Source: Verrucomicrobiaceae bacterium (GTDB taxonomy: Bacteria > Verrucomicrobiota > Verrucomicrobiia > Verrucomicrobiales > Akkermansiaceae). Taken from it: a stretch of DNA of 64,000 nucleotides. Below, one piece after another: positions 1 to 8,762 of the stretch. Numbering within the stretch: the stretch's first letter is position 1; every line of letters starts with the position of its first letter. The notes under the pieces are model-generated. The model saw only the letters and a program-made list of their open reading frames with translations. It did no database searches and was not told the origin of the DNA. The position numbers were made by a program, and so were the translations under genes. The DNA lies in assembly GCA_051252135.1 (NCBI GenBank), contig JBPOGH010000010.1, forward strand, positions 128,130 through 192,129, given 5' to 3'.

Positions 1-666
1 ATGGCGGATAATCCGGCGGCGAAGGCGATGTTTGCGCAGGCTCACATTGCGCAGGCGCGGATGTTGTTTGGACCGTTGCTGGAGAAGCTGAATCTGAGCA
101 AGGAGGAGGAAGATTACTTTTTGGGGTTGGTTTCGGGTGACTTTGCGGATCAGCAGCAGATCGGGATGAAGATGATGGGGGCGGGATCGGCTGAAGAGCG
201 TCAGGCGTTGGTGGAAGAGATGGAGAAGAACAAGGAGGACCGGAAGAAGCAGATTAAGGAGTTTCTCAACAACGACGAAGACGCTGCGGACTATGAGGCT
301 TATGCGGACCGGTTGCCCGAGCATCAGCAGATGGCGGGGATTCGGGGAGCGATCGCGACGAGCGGGATGCCTCTTACGGCGGAGCAGGAAACGCAATTGG
401 TGGAGGTGATGCACGAGATGCGCACGGGATCCGAGGAGGCGAAGAAGTGGGATGGGGCCGGCGCGATGGAGATGATGGCGAAGCCAAATGTGGAGGAGAT
501 TTTTGAAGCGGATTGGGCGAAGGGCCAGGAGGCTTACAAGGAGCGACTGGATGGGGTGCTGGAGCCGGTGCAGCTTGACGCGTTCATGGAGAGTCAGGCG
601 CAGATGAAGCAGATGCATCTCATGGGCATCAAGATGATGAGCAACATGATGAAGCAGGATCAGTAG
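1..666 (+). CDS. Hypothetical Met-rich helical protein, Spy/CpxP-like motifs; probably 5'-truncated by the window edge
   Basis: 221-aa ORF starting at base 1; 22 Met; LTAEQ motif; codon style matches other + strand genes. Confidence 0.6.
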   Translation: MADNPAAKAMFAQAHIAQARMLFGPLLEKLNLSKEEEDYFLGLVSGDFADQQQIGMKMMGAGSAEERQALVEEMEKNKEDRKKQIKEFLNNDEDAADYEAYADRLPEHQQMAGIRGAIATSGMPLTAEQETQLVEVMHEMRTGSEEAKKWDGAGAMEMMAKPNVEEIFEADWAKGQEAYKERLDGVLEPVQLDAFMESQAQMKQMHLMGIKMMSNMMKQDQ

Positions 667-673
667 ATCCGAT

Positions 674-3382
674 TTATTTTCCGGGAGCCTTGTAGATGAG
701 GCGGAGGGAGTCGAGGCGGAGGCGTGATTCGGAGAGGGCTTTTGTCAGCTCCGATTTACGTGCGGTGAGGGAGTCGATCTCGTGGTCGCCGATCATGGGG
801 TTGACCTCGGCGAGATCGGTGAGGCGGGCGAGTTCGGCGTCGAGGGCGGCGTCCATGGAGGAGATGGCTTTTTCGACGACGGAGTCCCGGCGTTTTGAGG
901 CGAGCCCTTCGAGTTGTTTGAGCATCTTGGGGAGCAGTTCCTGGGTGATGGAGGGTTGCTCGAGGAATTTGCGATGTTGGCCGGGGCGGAGGAGGGCGCG
1001 GATGAGGGGGGCGTTTTTGGTGAGGTTCTTGCCCTGGTGGTCCACGGCGACACGGACGGGGATGGAGGGGAGGAAGTGGTCGGTCTGGAGGGAGGCGGGG
1101 GCGATGCACTCGACGACGAAGTAGGCCTCGAGGATCATGGAGACTTCTCCGGGGGTTTCCCAGACGCCGAAGGAGCTGTTTCCTGCCTCGCTGGAGAGGA
1201 GGAGGTCGATGGCGGAGACGACGATGGGGTGGTCCGCGGACATGAAGGCGATTTCTTCGCGACTGAGGGCGCGTTGGCGATCGAAGGTGACGCCAAGGCC
1301 TTCGGCGGGGAGGTCGGGGAAGGCATCGGTGATGACATTTCCGGGTTTGAGGAGGTAGCCGCGGGAGCCGAGTTCTTCGACGTGGAGGCCGAAGTAGTCG
1401 AGGAGGCGGGTGATCCAGTCCTCGAAGTTCCGGTCGCTGTCCCAGCGGTCCATCTTTTCGAGGATGTCATCGGTCTCTTCACCTGCCTGGGAGGTGAGGG
1501 CGAGGAGGCGGTCGTAGCCGCGTTCCATTTCGGCTTCGGTTTCCTCTTTGAGTTTTTTGGAGGCTTCGATGAATTGGTCGAGGGTTTCGGTCTTGAGAGC
1601 CTGGAGTCGTTTGACGAGGATTTGTGCGCCCTGGAGGTTTTTTTCGAAGGCGTTGAGGCCCTGGGAATACCACTTGGCGTAGCGTTCTCCGGGGTGTCCT
1701 TTGACGAAGGGGACGTGGATGTTGATGGTCTCGGTCTGGCCGATGCGATCGAGGCGGCCGATGCGTTGCTCGAGGAGTTCGGGGTTTTCGGGGAGGTCGA
1801 AGAGGACGAGGTGGTGGGCGAACTGGAAGTTGCGACCTTCGGATCCGATTTCAGAGCAGAGGAGGACGCGGGCGCCATCATCTTCCGAGAAGTAGGCGGC
1901 GTTGCGGTCGCGCTGGAGGAGGTTGAGCTCTTCGTGGAATTGGGCGAGATTTAGGGTGACGCGATCGAGGATGGCGGCGGCAATTTCTTCGACGAGGTCG
2001 ATGGTTTTACAGATGAGAAGGACTTTTTCATCGGTGTTTTTTTCGAGGAATTTGATGAGCCAATCGACTTTGGCGGCGAACTCATCCTCGCCCTCGAGTG
2101 AGATGAGGTGGGCTTTTCGTTCGGGAAATCCGCTGAGTTGTTTGCGGGTGTTGCGGAACATGACGCGGCCGGTGCCGAAGGAGTCGAGGAGGTCGGAGAC
2201 GACCTGGTCGCGCATGCCTTCTTCATCGAGACGGGAGAGGCCATCGGCGAGGCGGGGGGAGCGAGAGGCGAAGGTTTTGACGACCTTGGGATCAACGTCT
2301 TTTTCCGACTGCACGGTGTCGATGACATCGGCGATGGTCTCGTAGTGCAGGGATTCCGCGATGAAGGCGTCGAGATCGTTGTAGCGATCGGGATCGAGAA
2401 GCTGGAGTCGGGCGAAGTGTCCCTCGGCGCCGAGTTGTTGGGGGGTGGCGGTGAGGAGGAGGACGGAGGGGGTTTCGTCTGCGAGGGCCTGGACGAGCTC
2501 ATAGCCCTCACTGGCTTCCTCGCGGGTCCACTCGAGGTGGTGGGCTTCATCGACGATGAGGAGGTCCCAGCCGGCTTCCATGACCTGGGGGACGCGCTCG
2601 GGGTGATCGAGGAGGAAGTCGTTTGAGCAGAGGACGAGTTGGTTCTCGAGGAAGGGGTTTGTTTCGGGGGAGTGCTCGGTGAGGGATTGGCAGCGGTCCT
2701 CATCGAAGATGGCGAAGAGGAGGTTGAAGCGGCGGAAGAGCTCGACGAACCATTGGTGGACGAGGGCTTCCGGGAGGAGGATGAGGACGCGGTCGGCGCG
2801 GCCGGTGAGCTGGAGGCGGTGGAGGATGAGGCAGGCTTCGATGGTTTTTCCGAGGCCGACCTCATCGGCGAGGAGGACGCGGGGAGCGATGCGGGAGGCG
2901 ACCTCCTTGACGATGGCGATTTGGTGGGGGATGAGATCGACCCGGCCGCCGAGCATGCCACGGACGGGGGACTGGCGGATGGCGCTGCTGCGGAAGAGGG
3001 ATTCGGCGCGGAGGTTGAACTTGCGGAGACTGTCGACTTGTCCGCTGAGGAGGCGGTCCTCGGGTTTTGAGAAGCTGATTTTATCGGAGAGTTCGTCTTC
3101 GGAGATTTCGCGGCCTTGTGCGAGGTAGGTCATGAGGCCGTCTTCTTCGGTGGCGGAATCGATGGTGAGGGTGGTGCCGTCGTCGAGGAGGACGTCGTCG
3201 CCTGGCTTGAAGCGGACGCGGAGGATGGGGGCGGTGTCGAGGGAGTAGATGCGCTTCTCCTGGGCGGCGGTGAAGAGGATGGCGGCTTTTCCGTGGTCTT
3301 CCTCGAGGAGGACTCCGAGGCCGAGTTCAGGTTCTGTTTTACTGACCCATCGTTGACCCGGAGTGAAGAGTGGTTTCGGCAC
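674..3382 (-). CDS. rapA: RNA polymerase-associated SNF2-family ATPase RapA (HepA)
   Basis: N-terminal GQRWVSKTEPELGLG; LLADEVGLGKTIEA (Walker A); DEAHH; LLTATP; SEIGSEGRNFQ; EQRIGRLDRIGQ. Confidence 0.95.
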   Translation of the reverse strand: MPKPLFTPGQRWVSKTEPELGLGVLLEEDHGKAAILFTAAQEKRIYSLDTAPILRVRFKPGDDVLLDDGTTLTIDSATEEDGLMTYLAQGREISEDELSDKISFSKPEDRLLSGQVDSLRKFNLRAESLFRSSAIRQSPVRGMLGGRVDLIPHQIAIVKEVASRIAPRVLLADEVGLGKTIEACLILHRLQLTGRADRVLILLPEALVHQWFVELFRRFNLLFAIFDEDRCQSLTEHSPETNPFLENQLVLCSNDFLLDHPERVPQVMEAGWDLLIVDEAHHLEWTREEASEGYELVQALADETPSVLLLTATPQQLGAEGHFARLQLLDPDRYNDLDAFIAESLHYETIADVIDTVQSEKDVDPKVVKTFASRSPRLADGLSRLDEEGMRDQVVSDLLDSFGTGRVMFRNTRKQLSGFPERKAHLISLEGEDEFAAKVDWLIKFLEKNTDEKVLLICKTIDLVEEIAAAILDRVTLNLAQFHEELNLLQRDRNAAYFSEDDGARVLLCSEIGSEGRNFQFAHHLVLFDLPENPELLEQRIGRLDRIGQTETINIHVPFVKGHPGERYAKWYSQGLNAFEKNLQGAQILVKRLQALKTETLDQFIEASKKLKEETEAEMERGYDRLLALTSQAGEETDDILEKMDRWDSDRNFEDWITRLLDYFGLHVEELGSRGYLLKPGNVITDAFPDLPAEGLGVTFDRQRALSREEIAFMSADHPIVVSAIDLLLSSEAGNSSFGVWETPGEVSMILEAYFVVECIAPASLQTDHFLPSIPVRVAVDHQGKNLTKNAPLIRALLRPGQHRKFLEQPSITQELLPKMLKQLEGLASKRRDSVVEKAISSMDAALDAELARLTDLAEVNPMIGDHEIDSLTARKSELTKALSESRLRLDSLRLIYKAPGK

Positions 3383-3487
3383 GCGCGTCGATAGACGAGG
3401 GGGCGGGGAATGTCGAGGATGTCGGGCCCCGGAGGTGGAAATAGAATGGAGGCTTGGTTATGGGGGGAGGGGGGATAGGATTTTCGG

Positions 3488-4054
3488 GTGAAACTTGTTT
3501 GTTCTTTGGTGGTTTTGATGAGCGGGGTGGTGATGGGGGGAGAGTGGGTGGAACTTTTTGACGGGAAGACGACGAAGGGGTGGGAGCCGAGGGAAGAGGT
3601 GGTGCGATTTGAGGCGAAGGAAGGGGAGCTGTATTTGCTCTCGAAGAAGAATGTGTGGGTGACGACGGAGGTGGAGATGGGGGATTTTGAGGCGGAGTGT
3701 GAGGTGTTGCTGCCGAAGGAGGCGGGGTTTAATTCGGGGTTGGCGTTTCGGTGTGCGGGGGAGAAGGGGAAGCCGAAGGGTTACCAGGTGGAGATTGACC
3801 GGAAGATTCCGGGGGGAGTCTTTGGGATTGGTTTGGGAGGGTGGCTGAGCCGGGAGAAGGGGGAATTGAAGGAGGGGGAGTGGAATCATTTCCGGGTGAA
3901 GGCGGAGGGTGACCGGATTCGGACCTGGGTGAACGGGGATTTGGTTGCGGATGTGAAGGAGGGGACGCAGGTGAAGGGGTACTTTGCGATCCAGCATCAC
4001 GGAAAGGGCGGGGTGGTGAAGTTCCGCAAGGTGCGGGCGCGGGAGCTGGATTGA
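3488..4054 (+). CDS. DUF1080 / 3-keto-disaccharide hydrolase-family secreted protein
   Basis: Signal peptide; WVELFDGKTTKGW, NSGLAFR, GYQVEI, GEWNHFRV, GYFAIQHHG, VKFRKV. Confidence 0.9.
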   Translation: MKLVCSLVVLMSGVVMGGEWVELFDGKTTKGWEPREEVVRFEAKEGELYLLSKKNVWVTTEVEMGDFEAECEVLLPKEAGFNSGLAFRCAGEKGKPKGYQVEIDRKIPGGVFGIGLGGWLSREKGELKEGEWNHFRVKAEGDRIRTWVNGDLVADVKEGTQVKGYFAIQHHGKGGVVKFRKVRARELD

Positions 4055-4063
4055 AGGGGAGTT

Positions 4064-4121
4064 TTTTACTCCTGTCTGAGGGCGTCGATGGGGTCGAGCT
4101 TGGCGGCTTGGGAGGCGGGGT
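4064..4121 (-). repeat. 58-bp exact direct repeat, copy 1: orphan duplicate of the 3' end of the ABC permease gene (copy 2 at 5256-5313)
   Basis: ttttactcctgtctgagggcgtcgatggggtcgagcttggcggcttgggaggcggggt occurs at both sites; encodes ...PASQAAKLDPIDALRQE* on the minus strand. Confidence 0.95.
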
Positions 4122-4204
4122 GCGTATTCCCCGGCGGAGAACCCGGATCGATTGCAGGGTGGGTTTCCTCCAATGCAGCAGCCGCTTCCTGATGTCATTG
4201 GACA

Positions 4205-4234
4205 TTGACATTGGAGATGAAAATTCGGGAGAAT
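4205..4234 (+). promoter_or_regulatory. Possible sigma70-type promoter of the PEP-CTERM gene
   Basis: TTGACA (4205-4210), 18-nt spacer, GAGAAT (4229-4234), ATG at 4242. Confidence 0.35.
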
Positions 4235-5198
4235 GCAGTTTATGAAAAGTTTCAATCTGGGTTTCGATAGATTGTGTGGTCTTTTTTTAAGGGGGCAAAA
4301 GATCAGTCTTTCGGCGTGTGTGCTGGGTTGTTTGGGCGTCGCGCAGGCGGCAAGTGTTTATACGACGCGTGTCGAGGAAAATGAGTTGGTTTCAGGGACC
4401 GCTACGAGTCGTGGGATTCAGGAATCACTTGCGGGTAATGATATCAGCGTTTCCGATGGTGATTTTTCCAGCAGGGCATGGGTGGATTCGGGGGTGTCAG
4501 GATCCGTGCCGACCCTAAGGGTGAGATCTACCGGGAGTTCCGATTCATCCTTCAATGATCCGGATCGTTCGAGACAGGCGTTTGCGATTGCGCAAACAAG
4601 TACGCTCTTCAAAGCAACATCAGGGACGCAGCCTTTCGAGACGGCCTTTAATGCCGGTGTTACGATCGATATTGACGGGAGTATCTTTTTCGATGTTGCG
4701 AATGCCGCGACCACGGAGTTTTCCCCTTTCCGTCCGGGAGACAGCGGGGTCGTCAGTTTTAGTATGAGTATTCGCCCCGAAAGCGATGAGTATTATACGG
4801 CGGCGAACAGTATTTCCTTTGGATCCGAAATTGTCTGGGACCACAGTGGAATAACGATTGGGGATCTTAATGTTTATGATGGGGATTTTAATCCGATCGG
4901 AATGGCCACGGTCACGCAATCGGATACCGGGTTGAACACCAAGAGTTTTTCCATTGCGGCCAATATTCCATTCACAGCCCAGGTGGGTGTTGATTACTCG
5001 ATGGAATCTTATTTCCAATCGTCGACCATTCTTCGTGGAGGGGTGGGATCCAAATCCATCGATATGGATTTTTTTAACTCGATGAATACGGCTCCAGAAG
5101 CACAGGGAGGAGATTTTGACTTCGTGCTGGTGCCTGAGCCGGCGAGTGCGATTTTGGTGTTATTTGGAGCTACGCTTGGATTAAGGCGGAGGCGTTAG
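4233..5198 (+). CDS. PEP-CTERM sorting domain-containing surface protein (start 4233 or 4242)
   Basis: C-terminal VPEPASAILVLFGATLGLRRRR; Ser/Thr-rich body; visibly lower GC than flanks. Confidence 0.9.
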   Translation: MQFMKSFNLGFDRLCGLFLRGQKISLSACVLGCLGVAQAASVYTTRVEENELVSGTATSRGIQESLAGNDISVSDGDFSSRAWVDSGVSGSVPTLRVRSTGSSDSSFNDPDRSRQAFAIAQTSTLFKATSGTQPFETAFNAGVTIDIDGSIFFDVANAATTEFSPFRPGDSGVVSFSMSIRPESDEYYTAANSISFGSEIVWDHSGITIGDLNVYDGDFNPIGMATVTQSDTGLNTKSFSIAANIPFTAQVGVDYSMESYFQSSTILRGGVGSKSIDMDFFNSMNTAPEAQGGDFDFVLVPEPASAILVLFGATLGLRRRR

Positions 5199-5257
5199 GG
5201 TTTTACCGGAAATGGTTCAATTGGGGGCCGGGGGAGGTGAAGATCGGAGAGGTTCTT

Positions 5258-6544
5258 TTACTCCTGTCTGAGGGCGTCGATGGGGTCGAGCTTGGCGGCT
5301 TGGGAGGCGGGGTAGATTCCGAAGATGATTCCGGTGAGGCCGGAGATGCCGAAGGCGAGGAGGACGGACCAGGGGGTGATGATGGTCTTCATTTCGGTAA
5401 AGAAGGAGACGCAGACGGGGACGAGGATGCCGAGGAGGACTCCGATGAGGCCGCCGCCGATGGAGAGGACGATGGTCTCGATGAGGAACTGGATGATGAT
5501 GTCCTTTCGTTTGGCGCCGAGGGCGCGGCGGACGCCGATTTCACGGGTGCGCTCGGTGACGGTGGCGAGCATGATGTTCATGATGCCGATGCCGCCGACG
5601 AGGAGGGAGATGGCGGCGATGGAGCCGAGGACGATGTTGAACATGCGCTTGGTGGCCTCGGCCTCACGGAGGAGCTGGAGGGGGACGATGAGTTCGAAGT
5701 CCTTCTTTTCGTGGAAGTGGTTGAAGAGGTGTTGGATTTGCTGTTCACCGGAGATGACGGCATTGGGATTGGCCATGCGGATGATGAGGCGGTGGAGTTC
5801 GACGCGTTCCATGCTCATGCTGCCGGAGGAGCGCTTGACGAGCATTTCGCCGAAGCGGGAGCGGGCGGTGGAGAGGGGGATGTAGATGTTGTTATCGACC
5901 GCTTCGCCCTGGCTATCACCCATTTGGGGACGTTGTTCGGAGGTGCCGGTCTCATCGACGATGCCGACGATATCGTAGTAGCTTTCCTTGACGCGGACGG
6001 CGGATTTGAGCGGGTCCTGGTAGGGGAAGAGCTTGCGGACGAGGTCCTCGGTGATGACGCAGACGTTGCGCTGGAACCGTTGGTCGGTGGGGGTGAGGAA
6101 GCGGCCGGCGACGAGGTCGACATTATGAACGAGGGAATAGGAGGGGAGGGTGCCGATGACCTGGCCGGATTCCTGGCTACGATCGAAGCGGATGTTCTCG
6201 CGGATGATGCGCATGGGGACGACGCGCTCGACTCCGGGGATGGTGTCCTGGATGCGGGAAACATCCTTATAGGTGATGCCGTATTCGACGGAGAAGGATC
6301 GGTTTCCGCCGTTTTGCTGGTTGTCCTCGGGGGGCTTGATGCTGTTGACGATGATGTTTTCACTGCCGAGGCGTTTGATGCGTTCCTGTGCTTCGTAGGA
6401 GGCTCCTTCACCGATGGCGAGCATGGCGATGACGGAGCAGACACCGAAGATGATGCCGAGCATGGTGAGTCCGGAACGGAGTTTGTGCAGCAGGAGGCTT
6501 TTGATGCCGAGCTGGACGGTGTTGAGGAAGTGGGACGAAATCAT
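5258..6544 (-). CDS. MacB/FtsX-type ABC transporter permease
   Basis: KLRSGLTMLGIIFGV; SLLVGGIGIMNIMLATVTERTREIGVRRALGA; PASQAAKLDPIDALR. Confidence 0.93.
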   Translation of the reverse strand: MISSHFLNTVQLGIKSLLLHKLRSGLTMLGIIFGVCSVIAMLAIGEGASYEAQERIKRLGSENIIVNSIKPPEDNQQNGGNRSFSVEYGITYKDVSRIQDTIPGVERVVPMRIIRENIRFDRSQESGQVIGTLPSYSLVHNVDLVAGRFLTPTDQRFQRNVCVITEDLVRKLFPYQDPLKSAVRVKESYYDIVGIVDETGTSEQRPQMGDSQGEAVDNNIYIPLSTARSRFGEMLVKRSSGSMSMERVELHRLIIRMANPNAVISGEQQIQHLFNHFHEKKDFELIVPLQLLREAEATKRMFNIVLGSIAAISLLVGGIGIMNIMLATVTERTREIGVRRALGAKRKDIIIQFLIETIVLSIGGGLIGVLLGILVPVCVSFFTEMKTIITPWSVLLAFGISGLTGIIFGIYPASQAAKLDPIDALRQE

Positions 6545-7272
6545 GGCTTGCTGCCGGGATTCGGGTTGATGACTTCGCGATTGATGAGTCCGTCCCTCAT
6601 GTGGATCACGCGGTGGGCGTGATGGGAGACGATGTCATCATGGGTGACGAGGACGATGGTGCGGCCTTGTTTGTTGAGGTCGTTGATGATGCCGAGGACT
6701 TCGATCTCGGTTTCCGTGTCGAGGTTTCCGGTGGGTTCATCAGCGAGGATCATGAGGGGTTCGTTGACGAGGGAGCGGGCGATGGCGACGCGTTGTTGTT
6801 GGCCGCCGGAGAGTTGGTTGGGGCGATGGTCGAGCCGGTCGCCGAGGCCGACGAGCTTGCCGAGCCCGATGCAGCGTTCCCGGTGTTCCTCGAGGTCCTC
6901 CTGTTGGTAGATGAGGGGAACCTGGATGTTTTCGAGGACGGTGAGTTGGGCGATGAGATTGTAGGACTGGAAGATGAAGCCGAGGCGTTTCCCGCGGGCG
7001 GCGGAGAGGGTGTCATCATCCATGCCGGCGACGTCCTCTCCGCCGAGGAAGTATTCGCCGGTGGTGGGGCGATCGAGGCAGCCGAGGATGTTGAGGAGGG
7101 TGGATTTTCCGGAGCCGGACGGTCCCATGATGGCGACGAACTCGCCTTTGGTGATGGTGAGGTCGATACCGCGAAGGGCACGGACCTTGACCTCGCCGAC
7201 TTCAAAGATCTTTTCGACGTTTCGGATGCGAATGACCTCGGAGGAGTCGGTGTTTGGGGCGGAGTCTGGCAT
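6541..7272 (-). CDS. MacB/LolD-type ABC transporter ATP-binding protein
   Basis: [36 protein letters not shown]. Confidence 0.95.
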   Translation of the reverse strand: MPDSAPNTDSSEVIRIRNVEKIFEVGEVKVRALRGIDLTITKGEFVAIMGPSGSGKSTLLNILGCLDRPTTGEYFLGGEDVAGMDDDTLSAARGKRLGFIFQSYNLIAQLTVLENIQVPLIYQQEDLEEHRERCIGLGKLVGLGDRLDHRPNQLSGGQQQRVAIARSLVNEPLMILADEPTGNLDTETEIEVLGIINDLNKQGRTIVLVTHDDIVSHHAHRVIHMRDGLINREVINPNPGSKP

Positions 7273-7277
7273 GTGTG

Positions 7278-8762
7278 TTACTCCTCGGGGGTGTCTGTGG
7301 CGGTCTCACCGGTGAGGTTGATCCGGGTGTCGAGGGGTGGGTTGAGCATGATCTCCTGGCCTTCTTCGAGGCCGGATTTGATCTCGATGTATTTGGTGTT
7401 GAACTTGCCGATCTCGACGGTGATGGGCTCGGGCTCGCCGCCGTTGCTGCGGTAGCAGAGTTGTTTGCCATCAACGGTGGTGACTGCCTGGATGGGGACG
7501 GTGAGGACGTTGGAGAGTTCTTCGATGATGATCTCGGCTTTGGCTGAGACGCCGGGTTTTACGCCTTCGATGGGATCGGTGATGGTGATCTCGGTGGCGT
7601 AGACCTTGAGGTCGGGGTTGGCCCAGTTGCGGTCGCTATCGGGAAGGATGGCGACTTTGGTGACCTCGCCCTGGAAGCGTTGGTCGGGGAGGGAGTCGAG
7701 GATGACGTAGGATTTTTGGCCCTTCTTGATTTGGCTGATCATGGACTCGTGAATTTTGACGGAGACCTTCATTGAAGTGATATCCGGGATGGTGATGAGA
7801 TTTGAGCGGTTACGGACGACGGAGCCCTCGGCGATCTGGGCCTCATCGCCCCAGCGGCTGCGCGGTTTGGCGTAGATGACGAGGCCATCCTGGGGAGCTT
7901 TGACTTTGGTGGCGGCGAGTTGTTCGATGCGTTTGGCGAGGCTGTCCTCGGTGAGCTTGAGGGTGATCTTGGCGGAGTTCACGGCGGCTTCATCCTGGGC
8001 GATTTTGCTTTCGCTTTGTTTTTTGACGCGATCGAGCTTGGCGATGGCTTCCTTTTTCTTGGAGACGAACTCGGCGTATTGCTTTTGGAGGTCGAAGGTC
8101 TCCAGCATTTTGAAGTTGCTTTGGGCGGTTTCGAATTCCTTGGATTTGAGGCTGACCTCGAGGCGGTCGCGGTCGACCTGGGTTTTGGTTTCGAATCCCT
8201 TTTCGGCGAGTTTTACGGACCACTCGTAGCGTTGCTGGGAGAGCTTGAGTGCTTCGTCGGCGGTGTCGATTTTGAGTTCGGCTTCGCGGGTGAGGTGGAC
8301 GCGCTCGAGTTGTTCGAATTTTTCGAGGTCCATGGTGGCGAAATCGACAGCGAGATTTGCTTCGCTGATTTCGCTTTCCGAGGTGCTTCTGGTGATGATG
8401 AGATCGTTCTCAGCCTGGACGAGGAGGGCTTGGCGGGATTCGAACTGGACGCGTTGTTCTTCGACATTTTTTTCGGCTTCACCGGTATCGAACTCGACGA
8501 GGAGGTCGCCTTTTTTGACGTAGGTGCCCTCGGGGATGAGCCAGATGATGCGTGAGTCGCCGTCGATGGTGTTTTTCACGACGATTTCGTTCACGGCTTC
8601 GAGAGTGCCGCCTTCGACAATGGAGATGACGAAGTCACCGCGGGAGACGGTGTGGTTGAGGGAGTAGTCGGTATCGCCTCCCCGTGTGAGGAGGAAGAGG
8701 GCGATGAGGAGGGCGACTGCGGCGAGGGGGATGAGGATTTTTTTGTGAAGGAGAGATTTCAT
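7278..8762 (-). CDS. Efflux membrane-fusion / periplasmic adaptor protein (MacA/HlyD-like)
   Basis: N-terminal anchor; EGTYVKKGDLL; long coiled coil; VKAPQDGLV; VLTVPIQAV; SGLEEG; operon context. Confidence 0.9.
   Translation of the reverse strand: MKSLLHKKILIPLAAVALLIALFLLTRGGDTDYSLNHTVSRGDFVISIVEGGTLEAVNEIVVKNTIDGDSRIIWLIPEGTYVKKGDLLVEFDTGEAEKNVEEQRVQFESRQALLVQAENDLIITRSTSESEISEANLAVDFATMDLEKFEQLERVHLTREAELKIDTADEALKLSQQRYEWSVKLAEKGFETKTQVDRDRLEVSLKSKEFETAQSNFKMLETFDLQKQYAEFVSKKKEAIAKLDRVKKQSESKIAQDEAAVNSAKITLKLTEDSLAKRIEQLAATKVKAPQDGLVIYAKPRSRWGDEAQIAEGSVVRNRSNLITIPDITSMKVSVKIHESMISQIKKGQKSYVILDSLPDQRFQGEVTKVAILPDSDRNWANPDLKVYATEITITDPIEGVKPGVSAKAEIIIEELSNVLTVPIQAVTTVDGKQLCYRSNGGEPEPITVEIGKFNTKYIEIKSGLEEGQEIMLNPPLDTRINLTGETATDTPEE

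Noticed and set aside
4051..4245. 64-aa ORF sharing LLLSEGVDGVELGGLGGGV with ORF 5237-6622
   Set aside because: The shared peptide is only the antisense reading of the 58-bp duplication; not a gene
4064..5313. Classical IS, prophage or integron cassette as the explanation for the direct repeats
   Set aside because: No transposase or integrase, no terminal inverted repeats and no attC-like palindrome seen; the repeat is far longer than an IS target-site duplication
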